Assembly (NCBI GenBank): GCA_938075675.1
Contig: CALJHE010000005.1
Span: forward strand, 71,097-135,096
Source of the DNA: Candidatus Poseidoniaceae archaeon
GTDB taxonomy: Archaea; Thermoplasmatota; Poseidoniia; Poseidoniales; Poseidoniaceae
Direction: 5' to 3'
Length of the DNA stretch: 64,000 nt
Positions 1 through 9,270 of this stretch are shown here, in pieces. Position 1 is the first letter of the stretch; each line of letters opens with the position of its first letter. A program made the position numbers and the translations under genes. Under the pieces are notes generated by a model. That model was not told the DNA's origin, did not search any database, and saw only the letters and a list, made by a program, of their open reading frames with translations.

Positions 1-3000
1 CCAGCCGAATCGGTAGCATCAATCCAGAAAACAACTTCAACACTGTCGATTTGAGATTCGTCAGGGTCAGTCTGTCCCTCTGTAATTGGCCAAAGATCAA
101 CACATTCTGCTGAAGCAAAGTACGAACCACCGCTCGGGTTGAGCGTCAATTCTTGCGTCAATGGCATGTCACCAAAGGTTGCTCGGTAAACGGGCCATGT
201 GATGTTGTTTGTTGGGTCTGAGAAGAAACTCCAAGCAACAGAAACATCTCCTTGGAACAGTGCTTCCTGCTCTTGGATGACGACTTCTACATCGACGCAA
301 TGGAAGGTCGAGGTTGGCAGAACATTCGCCAACGGCTCTTGGTTTCCATCTTTCAGAGTCCATGTGTTTGAGACAACCAGAGGAGCAGATGCATCGACTC
401 TCAAATTGAAGGTCTGACATCCGTATGCCTCTGAAACGCAAATTGCAGAGGATGTATCGACTGCGCCCATAGGCAAACCTTCGATTCCACCGCCGCACTC
501 TCCGTTTGCTCCACCGTCGCCGCCAGTTGCATCGTAAGGACACAATCGGAATGTGTAGGTGTAGTCATTTGTGACCGGTGGTGCAGTGATGTTGATGTCA
601 AAGACACCTCCAGTGAACGAATGGTATGTGACTTCTCCAGGGAAGGCAATGTAGCCTTTGGAACCGTCCATAGAAGCAGCCTGACGTGTCAATTCAAGCG
701 TCAATTCAATTTCAGGAGTAATGTAGACTTGGTCGAGGATTCCGTCAAGGTAAGCGTATTGTCCTTCAAACGAAATGATATCGCCTGGATAAACGAAGCC
801 CTTTCGAACGTCTTGGGTAATTGGTGTCATCAAGTCACTAAAGAACGGTGAAATCATCAAATCGTTTGCAGAGTCTGCACGGAAATCAAGTTGGATTCCG
901 TCGCTGTAGTACCAGTCTTGAATGTGGCGTCCGGATGCCGGCAACATTCTGTATCGAGGGTTGTCAAGGTCTTGCATGTAGAGAACAGGGTTGTTGAGTG
1001 AAGTTGTAGCACCTGGCAAGCCCCATGTCATACGGATCGGGAGATCAAGATAGAACTCAGTTTCGAACGGATCAATCAACACACCGCCATCCATGCGTAA
1101 GACCCGTGGACCTTCGACATCGCCGTCTTCAGCAATGATTTCGATGTATGGACTGTTCGTCCATGCCGTGTTGTTACGAGGGTAGTAGTACACTGTCATG
1201 TCATCTCGGTCGTCAGCCATGTCGATACGGAAGTAATCAACATCTCTCCATCCGTTGTCGTCCTTAGCCTCTACGATGAGGTGATACACGTTACCAGCGT
1301 ACATGGTATGGTTCCACTTTCCGTTGTATTGCTGTTGATTCGATTTGAGGAATCGGTTATCTTGTGAATCGTCAACAAAGAAGTTTCGAATGACTGGAGA
1401 CTTGGAACTCATTGATACATAGGTAAAGAGGTCGTTTTCAAATCCAGGTGCGCCGCCGTCAATTGGGTTTCCTGCCTTGTCAAATCCTTCAATCCAAATG
1501 CTGACCTTGCCAACAGGGTCTTGTCCAACGTTTGCATAGTCGTTGTAGGTTGCCGTGTAATTTGCGAATGGGGCCTCTCCATCGCTGTAAGCGGTCACAG
1601 TGATGTATTCTGATTCATCTGCAAGCCCGTTTGAGTTCGCATCGTGATCGTACTCGACCCAAATCTTGATGTCGAGCGATTCAGGAGGGTTCGGTAAGTC
1701 ACTTGCATTCATTCGAATTTGTTGTGTAGCAGACGGAACAACCCATGTATCGTCGACCATAACACGCCAGTTGCTGTCAAGCGATGGGTCAACTTGGCCG
1801 TTCAGTACTTCGACAACCAGCAAATTCGGATCCAAGGTGTCAATCGAGAGATTGAATGGAATAGCACAATCACTGTCGGGTCGGAATACAGCCGCAGGAC
1901 AGAGTGTCTCTCCACCCTCGTAGCCATCAATTCGGAATCTGTATGTGTCTTGACCTGCGGCCATACCGAGGTCGACATCCCAAGTGAAATCGCCGCCAGG
2001 TAGACCGGAGCGGTTCGCTACTGAAATCCATTCAATCGAGATGTTACCATCGGTGTTGTTGACGTACTTTTGTTCAAGGACCATGAAGTAGCCACTCGGG
2101 TCAGGTGAAATGGACAGGTTTTCAAGACGGATAGCACCGTTGAGGGTGACCGTTTGTCCGGAAGTTCCGTCATCAAGGTCTTGTACAAGTCCGATGTTGT
2201 TGAGGACTTCAAACGAAGTAACTACAGCGTCGTTCTCTACAGCGTTACCACCGACAGGAGCAAGAAGAACTGCGTCTGGAAGTCCATTAACGCCGTTGGA
2301 GGAAATTGAACCTGAATAGATTCGAACTTCATCGGTATCTTCCCACTCCGAGTTTACGACAAACCGCCAAGTGATTTCCTTACCATCTGCGATGGTCGTA
2401 GCAGTCGAAGATTCGAGAGTAATTAGATCTCCAATGTCAGATACTTCAGAGAACAGCAGGGTATCACTGTAGCCAAGAATGACATTGCCAGTGTCCGACT
2501 CAAAGGTCAAACGAGCCTCAACGAGAGTGGAGCCAGTCAGGGGGCTCACTGTGTGAGTGGTCGTAATTTCGTAGATAGCTCCGTTTGGATACAATCCGAC
2601 TGGGTTTCCAGCCAGACTGATGGAGTTATCGTATCCACTCGAGGTTGAAACCATGAGATTTGACAATGCTGCTCCTCCGCCTGTAGAACTCGTGAAGGTC
2701 ATCGGAACTTCAGCTGTAGAGCCGCCATCCCACAAAGCAATGCCCTTGTTCAACTCACGGTCAAAGCCATCTGCTGAACCGAGTGACACGGTGTAATTGT
2801 AAACGACATCGAGGTCACGAACCGTCACTTGAGACGCAGTTGAAGCGTTTGGCGATTCTGCTTTCAAACGGAAAGTCTGCCATTCCTTCCCGTAAGCATC
2901 GTAGTGACTAACTGGCACCAAAGCATTGCCGAGCAAAGAGTTCAGTGCTGATTTGAGATCAAGGTTTGGTGCGTTACCAAGCATGAGAAGCGTCGTGTTC

Positions 3001-5120
3001 TCGACACTGCCCAAAGCAACTTCCTGAGTACCGGAGAGAAGAGACAATTCGAATCCTTCTGTTGGATCCGTATTCGAGAAGATTCCCATCTGATCAAAGA
3101 CCAAATCAACTGAGGAAACTTCTGCTCCTTTGGGCAGCATAAACATTGCACCTTCGGCAACACCTGTGCTGTCGATGATGAGATCAGAGGATGATTGTCC
3201 GTAGTTTACTCCATCAACCTTAGCCTTCAAGAATTGAGTTTGGCGTCCGAAACTTCCGAACGCCTCTTCATCGAATCCCCAGTCAATGTGCCCATCGTTA
3301 GCAACATCCAACTGGAGATCATCGGGATGGTGGCCAAACGTAAGGTCAAACCAAATGCCACCCACATCACACGGGTCCTCGAAGGAAACCAGGGAGTCAA
3401 ATCCGAACCATGGTTCATCCAAAATATATTCGACACCGCTGGCGAGTTGGTTCAATGAGTTACCTCCTTGAGAAAAGAGGTCAATCATAGGGACTTCAGT
3501 ACAGCTTGCCTCGACATACGGTTTAATGCGGGTAATTGGTCGATCGAAACTACTGTGCTGGAGCGTTGGCGTGTACGATGCATCATCCAGAATCGGTGTA
3601 TACAATAACGGTTCACCATCGCCGAGTGTCGACCAGACGCCTTGGAAAATGTTCGGTATTTCGTCGTATTGGGAGGCGTTCAACCCCGTACCAACACGTG
3701 TGCCAATGCTGAATCCGTGGAACACTGGAGTGGAGAGGCGGTCAGGCCCGGAATTGAATGTGAACCTAAAGTCGATCGAAGGGTGTTCGGTCGAATTAAT
3801 GCCCCACAATTCGATGATGTCTCCTTGAAGGTTGGTCATTGCATGACCTTGTCGGTCATGAACGATTGAACCGGTTGACGAATCAAGCACATCAACCGAA
3901 ATCGTGGCTGTGCTGGTTGTTTCGGTTTCAAGCGTGAGGAGACCGTATCCGTTCGGTTGGTTCGGGCCACCGGAGTTTGATGGCAGGAATCCGTTAATAC
4001 TCATGTTTGCGGATGCTGGAAGAGGATCTCCCACTCGGAAGTTGTCGACATACCAACCGGCTTTGCCACCATCGGTGCCGAGGACATCATTGTCTTCCAT
4101 AACAAAGCGAATCTGAACGTATTGTCCCGTGTATGGGCCCAAATCTACGGCAATGTTTGCCCAACCGTTCGGATTGCTGGCAGTCGTTGATGTGCCACCA
4201 AGAGCACCGTCTCCTGGAGTAACGCCGTCGCATCTCGAATCAATCTGCCCTGCGGTATTTTGGTTGGTGGATACAGTGTAGTATCCGGAGCTCCAACTCA
4301 ATGAAGAATTTGCAAGACTAATTTCCAAATAATCAAATCCATTCGGGTCGTTGACATCGAGGTCATCGTTTTGAGAGGCGCGTATTTCGAGGTAAGCACA
4401 ATCACGGTAGTAGACGGATGGGTTGGTTCCGCTGCTGGTGCCAATGTCCAAGTCGTGCCACGAGTCAAAGTAAGCGAGGGTACTCTTGAGTGAGGAATCG
4501 ATGAAAATAGTCTCAGAGGTCATCATGTATTGGCGGCCGTTTGCTCCTGCGTTCTTATTGGTGTAGTCCTCGTCATAGAGCCCAGTGCCCCAGCAATAGG
4601 TGCCGCTTGCACAATCTGGAATATCGATGTTCGGTGTAACTGTGGTTGGGTCAATAGAACCATGGTCCCATCCGTGTGCCCCACCGGACAATGCTCGGTG
4701 GTCCATGAAACCGGACGGAGTTTCTTCAAAATCGGTGAGGAAGCCCTCGGACTTTAATTCGACAGGAACCGCGTTTGAACCGTCTTCGTAGACGAAATCG
4801 GCGACGTTCGAGAACTTTGTCAGTTGGTTGTTGTACATTGGATTCCAAACACGAGGCATGGTCTCCAAGTCAATCCGTGTGTGCGCAGTGTGTTCAAGCA
4901 TCGAAGTCGAAAGATCGACCGATGCACTGGTCACAGTTTCAGACGCCGGGAGGTGAATCATTCCCTCATCAACAAACGGGCTTCCGTCTCTCAGTTCGAT
5001 TTCTTCAGTGGCATCTCCGTCTCCAAATGTGGACACGTTTGCTGCTGCAGCGAACGGCGCCAAGAGCATCAGGAATACAAGGAAAAATGCTGATTTTAGT
5101 TGTTGATTGTCGTTCGTCAA
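1..5120 (-). CDS. Very large secreted/cell-surface protein (>1700 aa, C-terminus beyond the left edge)
   Basis: TTG start at 5120 after a GGGTGAG RBS. Signal-peptide-like N-terminus MTNDNQQLKSAFFLVFLMLLAPFAAAA. No ORF with a stop is listed in this frame, and spot translations at 5000, 4100, 1600 and 3-32 are in frame (e.g. WANIAVDLGPYTGQYVQIRF...GWYVDNF, WVEYDHDANSNGLADESEY, FWIDATDSA). Missing from the ORF track because it has no stop inside the window. Confidence 0.9.
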   Translation of the reverse strand, partial: MTNDNQQLKSAFFLVFLMLLAPFAAAANVSTFGDGDATEEIELRDGSPFVDEGMIHLPASETVTSASVDLSTSMLEHTAHTRIDLETMPRVWNPMYNNQLTKFSNVADFVYEDGSNAVPVELKSEGFLTDFEETPSGFMDHRALSGGAHGWDHGSIDPTTVTPNIDIPDCASGTYCWGTGLYDEDYTNKNAGANGRQYMMTSETIFIDSSLKSTLAYFDSWHDLDIGTSSGTNPSVYYRDCAYLEIRASQNDDLDVNDPNGFDYLEISLANSSLSWSSGYYTVSTNQNTAGQIDSRCDGVTPGDGALGGTSTTASNPNGWANIAVDLGPYTGQYVQIRFVMEDNDVLGTDGGKAGWYVDNFRVGDPLPASANMSINGFLPSNSGGPNQPNGYGLLTLETETTSTATISVDVLDSSTGSIVHDRQGHAMTNLQGDIIELWGINSTEHPSIDFRFTFNSGPDRLSTPVFHGFSIGTRVGTGLNASQYDEIPNIFQGVWSTLGDGEPLLYTPILDDASYTPTLQHSSFDRPITRIKPYVEASCTEVPMIDLFSQGGNSLNQLASGVEYILDEPWFGFDSLVSFEDPCDVGGIWFDLTFGHHPDDLQLDVANDGHIDWGFDEEAFGSFGRQTQFLKAKVDGVNYGQSSSDLIIDSTGVAEGAMFMLPKGAEVSSVDLVFDQMGIFSNTDPTEGFELSLLSGTQEVALGSVENTTLLMLGNAPNLDLKSALNSLLGNALVPVSHYDAYGKEWQTFRLKAESPNASTASQVTVRDLDVVYNYTVSLGSADGFDRELNKGIALWDGGSTAEVPMTFTSSTGGGAALSNLMVSTSSGYDNSISLAGNPVGLYPNGAIYEITTTHTVSPLTGSTLVEARLTFESDTGNVILGYSDTLLFSEVSDIGDLITLESSTATTIADGKEITWRFVVNSEWEDTDEVRIYSGSISSNGVNGLPDAVLLAPVGGNAVENDAVVTSFEVLNNIGLVQDLDDGTSGQTVTLNGAIRLENLSISPDPSGYFMVLEQKYVNNTDGNISIEWISVANRSGLPGGDFTWDVDLGMAAGQDTYRFRIDGYEGGETLCPAAVFRPDSDCAIPFNLSIDTLDPNLLVVEVLNGQVDPSLDSNWRVMVDDTWVVPSATQQIRMNASDLPNPPESLDIKIWVEYDHDANSNGLADESEYITVTAYSDGEAPFANYTATYNDYANVGQDPVGKVSIWIEGFDKAGNPIDGGAPGFENDLFTYVSMSSKSPVIRNFFVDDSQDNRFLKSNQQQYNGKWNHTMYAGNVYHLIVEAKDDNGWRDVDYFRIDMADDRDDMTVYYYPRNNTAWTNSPYIEIIAEDGDVEGPRVLRMDGGVLIDPFETEFYLDLPIRMTWGLPGATTSLNNPVLYMQDLDNPRYRMLPASGRHIQDWYYSDGIQLDFRADSANDLMISPFFSDLMTPITQDVRKGFVYPGDIISFEGQYAYLDGILDQVYITPEIELTLELTRQAASMDGSKGYIAFPGEVTYHSFTGGVFDINITAPPVTNDYTYTFRLCPYDATGGDGGANGECGGGIEGLPMGAVDTSSAICVSEAYGCQTFNLRVDASAPLVVSNTWTLKDGNQEPLANVLPTSTFHCVDVEVVIQEQEALFQGDVSVAWSFFSDPTNNITWPVYRATFGDMPLTQELTLNPSGGSYFASAECVDLWPITEGQTDPDESQIDSVEVVFWIDATDSA

Positions 5121-5221
5121 AGACTCACCCGATGTCTTCCGAGGATTCCTTCACCTATAATCGCAACGGACTGTTGCCCCACAATCCCCTCCTACGGAGG
5201 GGTCGGAAACTCAGGTTCGAA

Positions 5222-5893
5222 TCAGAGCTCCACAATTCTACGATTCTTCCAAGCATCCTGTGTGATATTATCGAGGCCACCGAGCCTCTGTTCACTCTTT
5301 TCCAACCATTCTAAATTCGCAATCGTGGTCGGCAAGGATGGCCCTAATGCATCGCAGACCTCAGGGCCGATACTCAACTCGAAGGTTCCAAGACCTTGTG
5401 ACATGTGCATGATAGCGGTTTTGTCAAACCCAAGTAACGGCCGAAGCATTTCTAATGCAGTCACCCGTTCAATCGCCCCCAAATTACCAAGGGTTTGAGA
5501 TGAAACTTGGCCCAAGTTCTCTCCGGTCAAAAGATGCGTTGCTCCTACTTCTTTACCCGCTAAATCTCCAAGGCAACTGTACAGGCGTTTCATGTGAATG
5601 AAATACTCCGTATGGCACCATTTTTTCGTGAATAAAGCCAACTGTTCCGCAACTGGCACGACCGTCAAAGAGGTGGATAACTGACGCCGCGCAGCCTCGC
5701 CAATTGGGCCGTCCATTTGGAGGAAAAATCGAAGTGCTGCAATCGTTTTCTGTTCTGCCTCAGGTCCGGTCACGGGCTCCTGCGTGCAGTGAACGGGGTG
5801 GATGTACCAACCTTCCCTTAACATCCGCGCAACAGCAACCGGCGAATCAATACCTCCCGAGACCAAAGCAATACACACTTTGTCCTCGACCAT
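5222..5893 (-). CDS. ThiI-like PP-loop adenine-nucleotide hydrolase (stand-alone catalytic domain)
   Basis: SGGIDS PP-loop, GENLGQVSSQT and RPLLGFDK motifs of the ThiI C-terminal domain. Start placed at MVEDK; there is no room for a THUMP domain. Confidence 0.8.
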   Translation of the reverse strand: MVEDKVCIALVSGGIDSPVAVARMLREGWYIHPVHCTQEPVTGPEAEQKTIAALRFFLQMDGPIGEAARRQLSTSLTVVPVAEQLALFTKKWCHTEYFIHMKRLYSCLGDLAGKEVGATHLLTGENLGQVSSQTLGNLGAIERVTALEMLRPLLGFDKTAIMHMSQGLGTFELSIGPEVCDALGPSLPTTIANLEWLEKSEQRLGGLDNITQDAWKNRRIVEL

Positions 5894-5983
5894 AGTCGTG
5901 GGCAATCGCTCAAGGTCAAGAAACCACCTCAAGAGGATTTCATCGCCGCATGAGTTCTTGAGGGAGAACATATTGGCGATGCC

Positions 5984-6445
5984 ATGGAACCTTACTCAAA
6001 AGAGCCCGCTACGCTGATTGAGCACGTATTTCCCGGGGATACCAACGCCTATGACACTCTGTTTGGAGGAAAATTACTCTCACTGATGGATAAAGCCGGA
6101 GGAATCGCCTGCGCTAAATTCGCACACAGAGAATTCGTTACGATATCGATTGATGCATTGACATTCATCGCCCCAGCCCGGCAAGGAGACTTGCTGGAAG
6201 TCACCGGGAAAGTCGTTTTTACGAGCAGTCATACGGCATGTACCAAAGTCACGGCAGTCGCCGTCAACAAAGCCACATGGGAGAAAAAGAAAATTTGTGA
6301 AGGGTTCTTCTTTTTCGTTGCGATTGACTCGATGATGCGACCAATACCAATTCCTCAATTTGTCGTAGAACAAGACGACGAGCAAGAAGACTGGGACCAT
6401 GCTAAAAACATTCGAGAACAGATGTTGGCAAATCGTAAGAAGTGA
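5984..6445 (+). CDS. Acyl-CoA thioesterase (hotdog fold, YciA-like)
   Basis: VFPGDTNAYDTLFGGKLLSLMD signature; FVAID near the C-terminus. Confidence 0.9.
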   Translation: MEPYSKEPATLIEHVFPGDTNAYDTLFGGKLLSLMDKAGGIACAKFAHREFVTISIDALTFIAPARQGDLLEVTGKVVFTSSHTACTKVTAVAVNKATWEKKKICEGFFFFVAIDSMMRPIPIPQFVVEQDDEQEDWDHAKNIREQMLANRKK

Positions 6446-6487
6446 AACAACCCCTACCTTCATGTGACCCACATTGGTGGAGCAAAC

Positions 6488-7507
6488 ATGCCTGTCCTTA
6501 ACATTGCAATGATTGGTTCCGATGAATTGGCGAGAGAAATCGCCAAACCAACCGACCAGAGGGACGTTCACACCTATGTCCACAAAGAATCAGGCAGCGA
6601 TGGCCCTCGGATTCTCTCGTTGATACGACCGGCAAAATACCCTGAGCGTTTGCGCCCCTTCCTCAACGCCCTTTCCGCTGCCAGAGTTGGCATCATCGAG
6701 GTTTCTGGAATTGATGCAACGCTTGGCGAAGCACTGGTCGCTTTTGCAAGTGCCAACATTACAAAAGGAATCGGCATCATCAACGCTCCAGACGGTGGAT
6801 GGGTAGACGAAGACCAAGTGAAAATGCTGTTCAAGCAAGCAGGGTTAGGCGAATGGTCGTTCGGTTCGACTGACGGCATAGATCTTCGAAATTCTTTGTA
6901 TCAATACATGGATGACATTGCTGATGAGTTATCCGCAAATGCCAAAGCGCCTCTCGTTATTCCGGTCGATCAATACTTCAATGTCAAAGGCATTGGATTG
7001 GTTGCTATCGGCTACGTTCAATCAGGAACAGTCAATGTTCATGACGAGGTTTTCTTACTCCCCTCAAACGGTACAGGAAGCGCCAAATCATTGCAAGTAA
7101 TGGACGACGATGTGCCCTCAGCAACCGCAGGCGACAGAGTAGGGCTTGCCCTTCGAGGCGCTAAAGAAGACCACCTTGGCAGTGGGACATTACTGGTCCA
7201 CCCTGCCGTTGAAGACAAGAAAACCAACACGAGTGTTCCCTTGGCTGTTGTTGCTCACGAACGCTCGACAATGAAACTCAGCCGATCACCTTTCCAAAAG
7301 CGTGTTCTTGCCGAAGGTGATGTTGTTCACGCAAGCGTTGATCTGCAATTTGTGGTCGGTCGCATTGGCGCTGTAAACGGCGATGAGATGGATGTTACTT
7401 GGGAATCACCCCTGTATATTCGTAGAGAAAATCCTGAAGCAACACTCATTGCTCAACTCGATTCAAAACCTCGAATAATGGGGAATGCAGTGCTCACACT
7501 AAAGTGA
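6488..7507 (+). CDS. SelB/EF-Tu-like protein with degenerate G domain
   Basis: EF-Tu domain II motifs PVDQYFNVKGIGLV, KSLQ and AGDRVGLALRG; no GxxxxGK[ST] P-loop. GGTGGAG RBS before ATG 6488. Confidence 0.8.
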   Translation: MPVLNIAMIGSDELAREIAKPTDQRDVHTYVHKESGSDGPRILSLIRPAKYPERLRPFLNALSAARVGIIEVSGIDATLGEALVAFASANITKGIGIINAPDGGWVDEDQVKMLFKQAGLGEWSFGSTDGIDLRNSLYQYMDDIADELSANAKAPLVIPVDQYFNVKGIGLVAIGYVQSGTVNVHDEVFLLPSNGTGSAKSLQVMDDDVPSATAGDRVGLALRGAKEDHLGSGTLLVHPAVEDKKTNTSVPLAVVAHERSTMKLSRSPFQKRVLAEGDVVHASVDLQFVVGRIGAVNGDEMDVTWESPLYIRRENPEATLIAQLDSKPRIMGNAVLTLK

Positions 7508-7604
7508 ACCACTCGGCGAGTGAAGGACGGTCGAATTATCGCCGTCACATTACAACCAACGGTCGGTGGTTTGATAACCCAGCACATGCGGTTTGCGCGC
7601 TGGG

Positions 7605-9269
7605 ATGCGCACTAAAGTTCAGGAGAAAGGTCCTGCTCGTGCAGAAGACTTTGAACTCATCAAAGCACTGCATTTGGCAGGCTCGGGGAGAGTCCGAGCG
7701 TCAGTGGATGAGCGCATGCTGTCTCTCGAGACCCGAAGCGGTCACGGACTGGACCTTCGATTATCCAATATATCCCGTGTTCATCATCACCATACTCGAC
7801 TTGTTCCTTTCTCGTTCGCCCTCATCGGCGCAGGCCTCCTCTATATTGCACAACGAATACTGATTCCAAACACGCTACAGATGGTTACTGCAGCCTTTGG
7901 AGTCGCATTCATCCTCGGTTGGCTGGGTACGCGAAAGCCTACGCTCACCCTCGATACAGAAGCTGGAGATTGCCACACCATTACCGGCAACGACGCCTCA
8001 TTGATGCGATTAGCCACACTTCTCAAACGGCTCGAAAGCGGGATGAGCCTTGAAGACGCTCGAATCGGCTTGGACATTCTCGACCGAGACACCGAATTTC
8101 CACGCACTGCAATTCGTGAACTGCAAGAAGTTCCTGTTCAACCGGTTCACATCCAAGCACCTACATCCATTGGAACATTCCTTACCGATATACTTCCTGA
8201 AGACGAAATCCCCGACTCTGTGGTCTCTTTGGACCTCTTTAACAACGAAATAGATTTGGACTTTGGAGACAACAATCCTCTCTCGAACGGATGGATGACT
8301 GGCGATGACATTTCAGAGCCTGTGGCACGAGCGGAACACGGGCTGCTGTCAAGAGGTATCGCCAACGCATACGACCGAAGAGGCGCAGCCCCTCAAGTAA
8401 CCCAAAGGCCCGAACTTCACTACGCCAACCATCCGCCTGCACAATTCCCTACAACCACCACACAAAGGCCTGTTTCCTCCTTCCAACACATCGCTCAATC
8501 GACCACTGCTGAACTACCAAGAGAACATCAAGATGTTCATTCAACTGATGCGCCTCGGTCGTTCATTCCGAATTTCCATGGCCCGAATGGTGTTCATGTG
8601 CCTGGCTATTCGGAGCATGACCAGCGTATCGAATCCTTCGAGACGACCGACATGTTTCGCTCGCCTGATTCATTGCAACCTGAGGCTGAACCAACTACTT
8701 CGTTAATCGAAAGCGCTCGGATGGTGGATACTACAGAAACTCCAACACCTGCTGTTCCAAAGATTGAATCACACACACGAGGAAGCCGCCTAAGGCCGAA
8801 AAGCGCTCAACGCCCGAGTACACGCCTACGGCCGAAAGCTCGTTCACGTACCACCTCTGCGAATCGGTTCTCTAACATGGTGAGGCCTGCTGCTGCACAA
8901 ATGATTGGAAACGCAACTGAAATGGCGAACCGATTATTCAGCGCTCGAAACGAACAACAAACCACTGAAGAGTCGTCATCTACCAGAGAGTTGCGACAAC
9001 GTTCTGCTGAAACGCTGCAATCCGAATCGATAGAATCGATACTGAACCTCTCGATAAAAAGAGGTGGCCATTTACTTGACAGCGACATAGAGGTAATGCT
9101 CGCCCACATGGATCGAAGACAAACATTCATGGAACAAGATGAGCAAGCGAAGCAAGATGTTGCGCCGTTACCACATCTCGATGATGTGTCGTTTGAAGAA
9201 CTCAAAGACAGCAAAACACATCATGCTGAGCACGCAGGTAAGGCCGGTTTGCCTCGCCTCGACCTGTGA
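7605..9269 (+). CDS. Hypothetical membrane protein with a long, probably disordered C-terminal region
   Basis: Long ORF with two hydrophobic segments near aa 65-110, followed by a P/S/T/E/R-rich region. Confidence 0.7.
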   Translation: MRTKVQEKGPARAEDFELIKALHLAGSGRVRASVDERMLSLETRSGHGLDLRLSNISRVHHHHTRLVPFSFALIGAGLLYIAQRILIPNTLQMVTAAFGVAFILGWLGTRKPTLTLDTEAGDCHTITGNDASLMRLATLLKRLESGMSLEDARIGLDILDRDTEFPRTAIRELQEVPVQPVHIQAPTSIGTFLTDILPEDEIPDSVVSLDLFNNEIDLDFGDNNPLSNGWMTGDDISEPVARAEHGLLSRGIANAYDRRGAAPQVTQRPELHYANHPPAQFPTTTTQRPVSSFQHIAQSTTAELPREHQDVHSTDAPRSFIPNFHGPNGVHVPGYSEHDQRIESFETTDMFRSPDSLQPEAEPTTSLIESARMVDTTETPTPAVPKIESHTRGSRLRPKSAQRPSTRLRPKARSRTTSANRFSNMVRPAAAQMIGNATEMANRLFSARNEQQTTEESSSTRELRQRSAETLQSESIESILNLSIKRGGHLLDSDIEVMLAHMDRRQTFMEQDEQAKQDVAPLPHLDDVSFEELKDSKTHHAEHAGKAGLPRLDL

Positions 9270-9270
9270 A

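Noticed and set aside
169-5093. Many short ORFs on both strands in the first 5 kb
   Set aside because: They are shadows of the single long minus-strand gene at 1-5120.
6488-7507. Selenocysteine machinery
   Set aside because: The G domain is degenerate, and no tRNA-Sec, selD or in-frame TGA gene was seen in the window.
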